Assembly (NCBI GenBank): GCA_051362555.1
Contig: CM120644.1
Span: forward strand, 24,078,534-24,142,533
Reading direction: 5' to 3'
Source of the DNA: Lingula anatina
Lineage: Eukaryota; Animalia; Brachiopoda
DNA: 64,000 bases
Made by a program: the position numbers and the translations under genes. The notes beneath the pieces are model-generated. The model was not told where the DNA came from and searched no databases. It saw only the letters and a program-made list of their open reading frames with translations. Positions 60,712-64,000 of the stretch are shown here, piece by piece; the stretch's first letter is position 1, and the number at the start of each line of letters is the position of its first letter.

Positions 60712-63700
60712 AAACAGGTTCTTGTTTCCAACGGTGTTAAAATGTGAATCAACCCTTTCTTACTAGGCCTAGAACCCAGACAGTGGTGCGGAGTAAACGC
60801 CAACCCTCCAGGAATATTCTTGTCACTTCGGCTCAGTATCAACCCTTCAGGTACATCCCCATACTAGGTAAGTCACATCATCTACATGCACTAGTATATT
60901 TTAAGGAACAGTTAAGGTTGGTTTAATTATATTTTTAACTGTGTTTCTTTCACAGGAAAATATTGGGCCCAGTTTCATCAACACTAGATAGCGCTATCCT
61001 CTGGAAAACACTACCCATTAGATAAAATTCCTGGGTAATTATCCTTTGGGTTAAGTAATGTTTACTAAACACTAAATACATAATTTTGTCACTGATATTG
61101 CTTTCCAGTGGTTAAAAAGGCCGCTATCCTCAGGATAACTTTCCAAAGGATAACAATTTTATCCAAAGGATAGTGTTTTCCATAGGATAGCGCTCTTTGG
61201 ATATTACTCAATTTTATTCAAATTTAAATGAAAAAAAATTAAAAATCGATATCTCCGCTTTTGTTTCCACTTTTTGCTGCTACGGGTAGATGTCTGATGA
61301 CAGTTTTTCAAGACAAGCATTTCTTTCCTTTGATCTTTGATTGACTTGTATCAAATATAAACAAATAAATAGAGTTCTTAACCAAAGTACATTTATGTTT
61401 TGCCTTACTTTATTGATGATAAACGTTTTTTCAAGACCGAAGGATTCACAAGGCGACACATCTTCGGAAAATTTCCTTTTCCTGTTTTTGAAGACTTTCT
61501 CGAGCGCGTAACTAAAACCGGAAATGAAAATCAACCTAGATCTAGGAAGCTAGCATTTTAGTTTTTTCTTAAACCCCAACGTAAATTTAGTGCAGTCAAC
61601 TTCGGTATAAGTCAGTTAGCTGAGGGGTTTAGCTCTTTTTGTGATACAGGGACTGGGTACCTTACCACGTGTAAACCAGTATATGTACACTTTGGCTCAA
61701 TATTGATATTTGCATAATTTATGCATCTGTCAAACAATGACAAGTGATGGTCACATGGTTTTATCTGTAATTTTTCTTTCGTACAATTATTTTTGCTTTT
61801 CGTGAATTATCTGAATAAATTTATTCTACAATAGGAAATTGGCTGTTTGACAACCGACACACGGTCTATGCTTTCGTTACCTATGACCAGTCAGAGAAAA
61901 TCAAGAACCTGCCGACCGTTGATCTTATCAATGACATCTTAGATATCAAACAAGTCGTGGATCGATTCATGAAGGTATGAACATCATTCGATAGGGACAA
62001 CAATCGTGAAATAGATCTTAATTTAAACCTTTGATTTATCAGTCTAAAATTAATAAATTCATATATTTTACACGGGGGTGGGTGGAGTAATTGTAAGAAT
62101 TTTTTTTTGCTTAAGAACAAAGTTGGATGATCTTTGCATTTATTATCTGTTATCATACAGATTATCGATGGTTTGTTCTAGGTATTCAGTGAAAATCTAC
62201 AGAGGTTCAAGGATCTTCTCTCCAATACCGTGGCAACACTGCTGAACTTAGTCAACACCGCCCTCGCTGATCTTAAGGCCGCCATTCAGCAAATTGTAGG
62301 CGATTTACTTAACCTCACATTTCCCGATTTCTCTGTCGTATTAGACACCATCCATAATGCTTGGGACGCCCTAAAAACGGCAGCACAGAACTTCTTTGAC
62401 GCCGTTGAATTCAATGTTGAAATCGCCAAACACAACTTTACGGAGATGATCAAGCTCGAGGTGAATCGCATTAAGCAAAATGTAGACGCAGCGATCCAAA
62501 AAGCCATTGGTGAAGTGACGTCTGTCACTGATGATTACTCTGGGTTCGGCGTTCGCTACAAGACGACCATTAAGGTATTTGGACTGGAGATATTTGGACT
62601 TCATCTTGAGTTCGTTTACTCGGTTGGAAAGTTGGGACAGTGTAGCAGGTTCCAGAAGGTGTACCAATTGCTAGCTGGAGAGAAAGCAGCCCGTGCTTTG
62701 GCTATCGTTTCCACGGAACAGGGACTAGGTCATTTCTTGAAATTAAAAAGGGGGGCGGGGATCGGAGCTGCATTCGGCATAGACAGCAATACTTTCATTC
62801 TGCAGCTTCACGCTGAGGTCGGTTTGTTGGGGATCAGAGCAGAAGCTGACGTATTTATATCCAAGAACAGTTTGACAACTTACGTTGAGGGGAAGGTATG
62901 GAGCCTCTTCCGCGCCCGGTTGACAATATCAGCAGCGCTTGGCAAAAAGTGGTATCAGCTGACATACATCGTGGAGGGAGCACTGCTGCCCGGCGGAAGT
63001 GACTCCTTTGACGGCAGCTTCTTGGATGCACTTAAGAAATCTGCAAACAAGATTGCCAACGAAGCCAATAAGAGGATAACCCAAGCACAGCAGGGTCTAA
63101 CTACGGCCAAAAGTAAGCTAAGTAAGGCACAGAACTGGCTTGAGAAAAAGAAAGCTGGTGTCCGCAGGGCAAATGATGCATTCGACAAGACTATTGCAGC
63201 ACTAGAACGTGCCAAGAAGAAGCTGGATGCCGCAAAGGGGCCTTTCGAGAAAGCTTTGCAAAAGCTGAAAGCTGCAGAAAAGGATGTGGATAAATTATGC
63301 AAGATCAAAAACTGCAAGAAAGTCTGCATTCCAGGAGTAAAATGTAAATGGTGCTATAAGAAAATCTGGCGAATCAGAATCCCTTACCCTTGCTGTAAGT
63401 GGACAAAGTGCATGATCAAAATACCGGATCCCATTTGTGTGGCTGCTAATGTGGTCTGTAAGGGCATCCGGTTGGCAGCATACGCCGCCCTAAAAGTGGC
63501 CAAGTTAGCTGTTAAAGCCCCTATGGCCGCTATGGATGTTGCTAAGGCCGCTGTGGCAGCAGCGCAGATCGTGGTGGATAAAGCAAGGGTGGTGCTGGAC
63601 ATCGCTGAAGGTGCTTTGGAACTGGCTAAGCTTGCCCTGGAAGGGGTTAAAGCAACCATTGAAGCTGCCAAGGCTGCTCTTGAAGTAGTGAAGTTTGCAG

Positions 63701-64000
63701 TGAGAGCGGCCTCCAAAGTGTTTGAGCTGATTGTCACTTACGGGCTGCAGTCCATATTAGATGTTAGGCAGTGTGGGTTCCGAGTGGAGCTTTCTACAGT
63801 CGACTTACCTATATTTGATGTGTCGTGTGAAGTGAATGCATTCCGCCTTGGTTGGAGGACCGTAAGGATAAGGATCAACTTTAAAAATATATTGCAGAGC
63901 CTACTGGAAGCAGCTAAAGCTACAATTAAAGCACTTTTGAATGCACTTAAAGGTGCCTTCGCTGGACGAAAACGCCGCGAGATAGAGTTTGACGTGAACG
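48278..64000 (+). CDS. Large secreted protein (signal peptide, EMI domain, three cbEGF, uncharacterised region), 3' incomplete. Exons 48278-48312, 51159-51272, 51573-51640, 52609-52731, 57945-58067, 58406-58525, 58870-59752, 60014-60128, 60488-60644, 60767-60850 or 60867, 61835-61974, 62182->64000
   Basis: GT-AG boundaries and phases fit (see finding at 60841 for exon 10). Reads [31 protein letters not shown]...[45 protein letters not shown] (x2)[12 protein letters not shown]. The last exon is open for 606 codons to the window edge. Confidence 0.85.
50285..50430 (+). mobile_element. Tc1-like transposase C-terminal relic
   Basis: [16 protein letters not shown], then after a frameshift [14 protein letters not shown], similar to the Tc1 L...W..IP...R..AVI.ARGGHT.Y tail. 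Confidence 0.5.
52918..53174. mobile_element. 257 bp fully palindromic MITE (foldback) flanked by TA
   Basis: GGCTTCGTTCACATGCAATGTCTATTTTCTA ... TAGAAAATAGACATTGCATGTGAACGAAGCC. The arms pair almost to the centre at ~53045. Confidence 0.9.
53178..54011. mobile_element. Possible TIR element directly adjacent to the foldback MITE
   Basis: GTCCCCGGTCA at left and TGACTGGGGAC at right (10/11 inverted match), CpG-rich subterminal regions. Confidence 0.4.
55070..56162. repeat. Diverged tandem duplication of ~500-600 bp in intron
   Basis: CCCTATTTCAGCGC(C/T)TATTCCTGACTGCGTTAATTA at 55141 and 55742. TAATGGTCGT(C/A)ATAATTGGTGGTTGC at ~55632 and ~56135. Confidence 0.9.
57146..57298. repeat. 78 bp tandem duplication
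   Basis: GTTGACTCCTTGCTGGG...TAGCGGCCTCCTACTGCTGT at 57146 and 57224. Confidence 0.9.
60964..61196. mobile_element. Hairpin-forming MITE fragment (Harbinger-like terminus TGGGCCCAGTTTCATCAA)
   Basis: AGCGCTATCCTCTGGAAAACACTA ... TAGTGTTTTCCATAGGATAGCGCT inverted pair, with several GGATA/TATCC repeats. Confidence 0.55.

Noticed and set aside
62286-63737. Minus-strand ORFs of 80-124 aa
   Set aside because: Antisense shadows of the long plus-strand exon 62182-64000.

Overview
AT-rich, intron-containing animal genomic DNA, most like a marine invertebrate such as a mollusc (inference from gene and repeat content). Left to right: (1) the last seven exons of SMARCD/BAF60 on + (1077-6224), with tandem partial copies of both ends of one exon; (2) a ~36 kb tandem cluster of intronless RING-Bbox-coiled-coil-NHL TRIM genes on - (three intact, one frameshifted, at least five fragments, one folded back into a hairpin at its start codon), interleaved with duplicated intergenic blocks, a young intact BEL/Pao LTR retrotransposon, Helentron-like tandem elements, MITEs and a Penelope relic; (3) a degenerate copy of the SMARCD terminal exon at ~46.5 kb; (4) a large multi-exon gene on + (48278 to beyond 64000), mostly absent from the ORF track, encoding a secreted EMI + 3x cbEGF protein with a long region I do not recognise, including a coiled-coil hairpin tipped by a cationic 10-Cys segment. 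All exon calls were made by eye from GT-AG sites and phase continuity. No searches were run.
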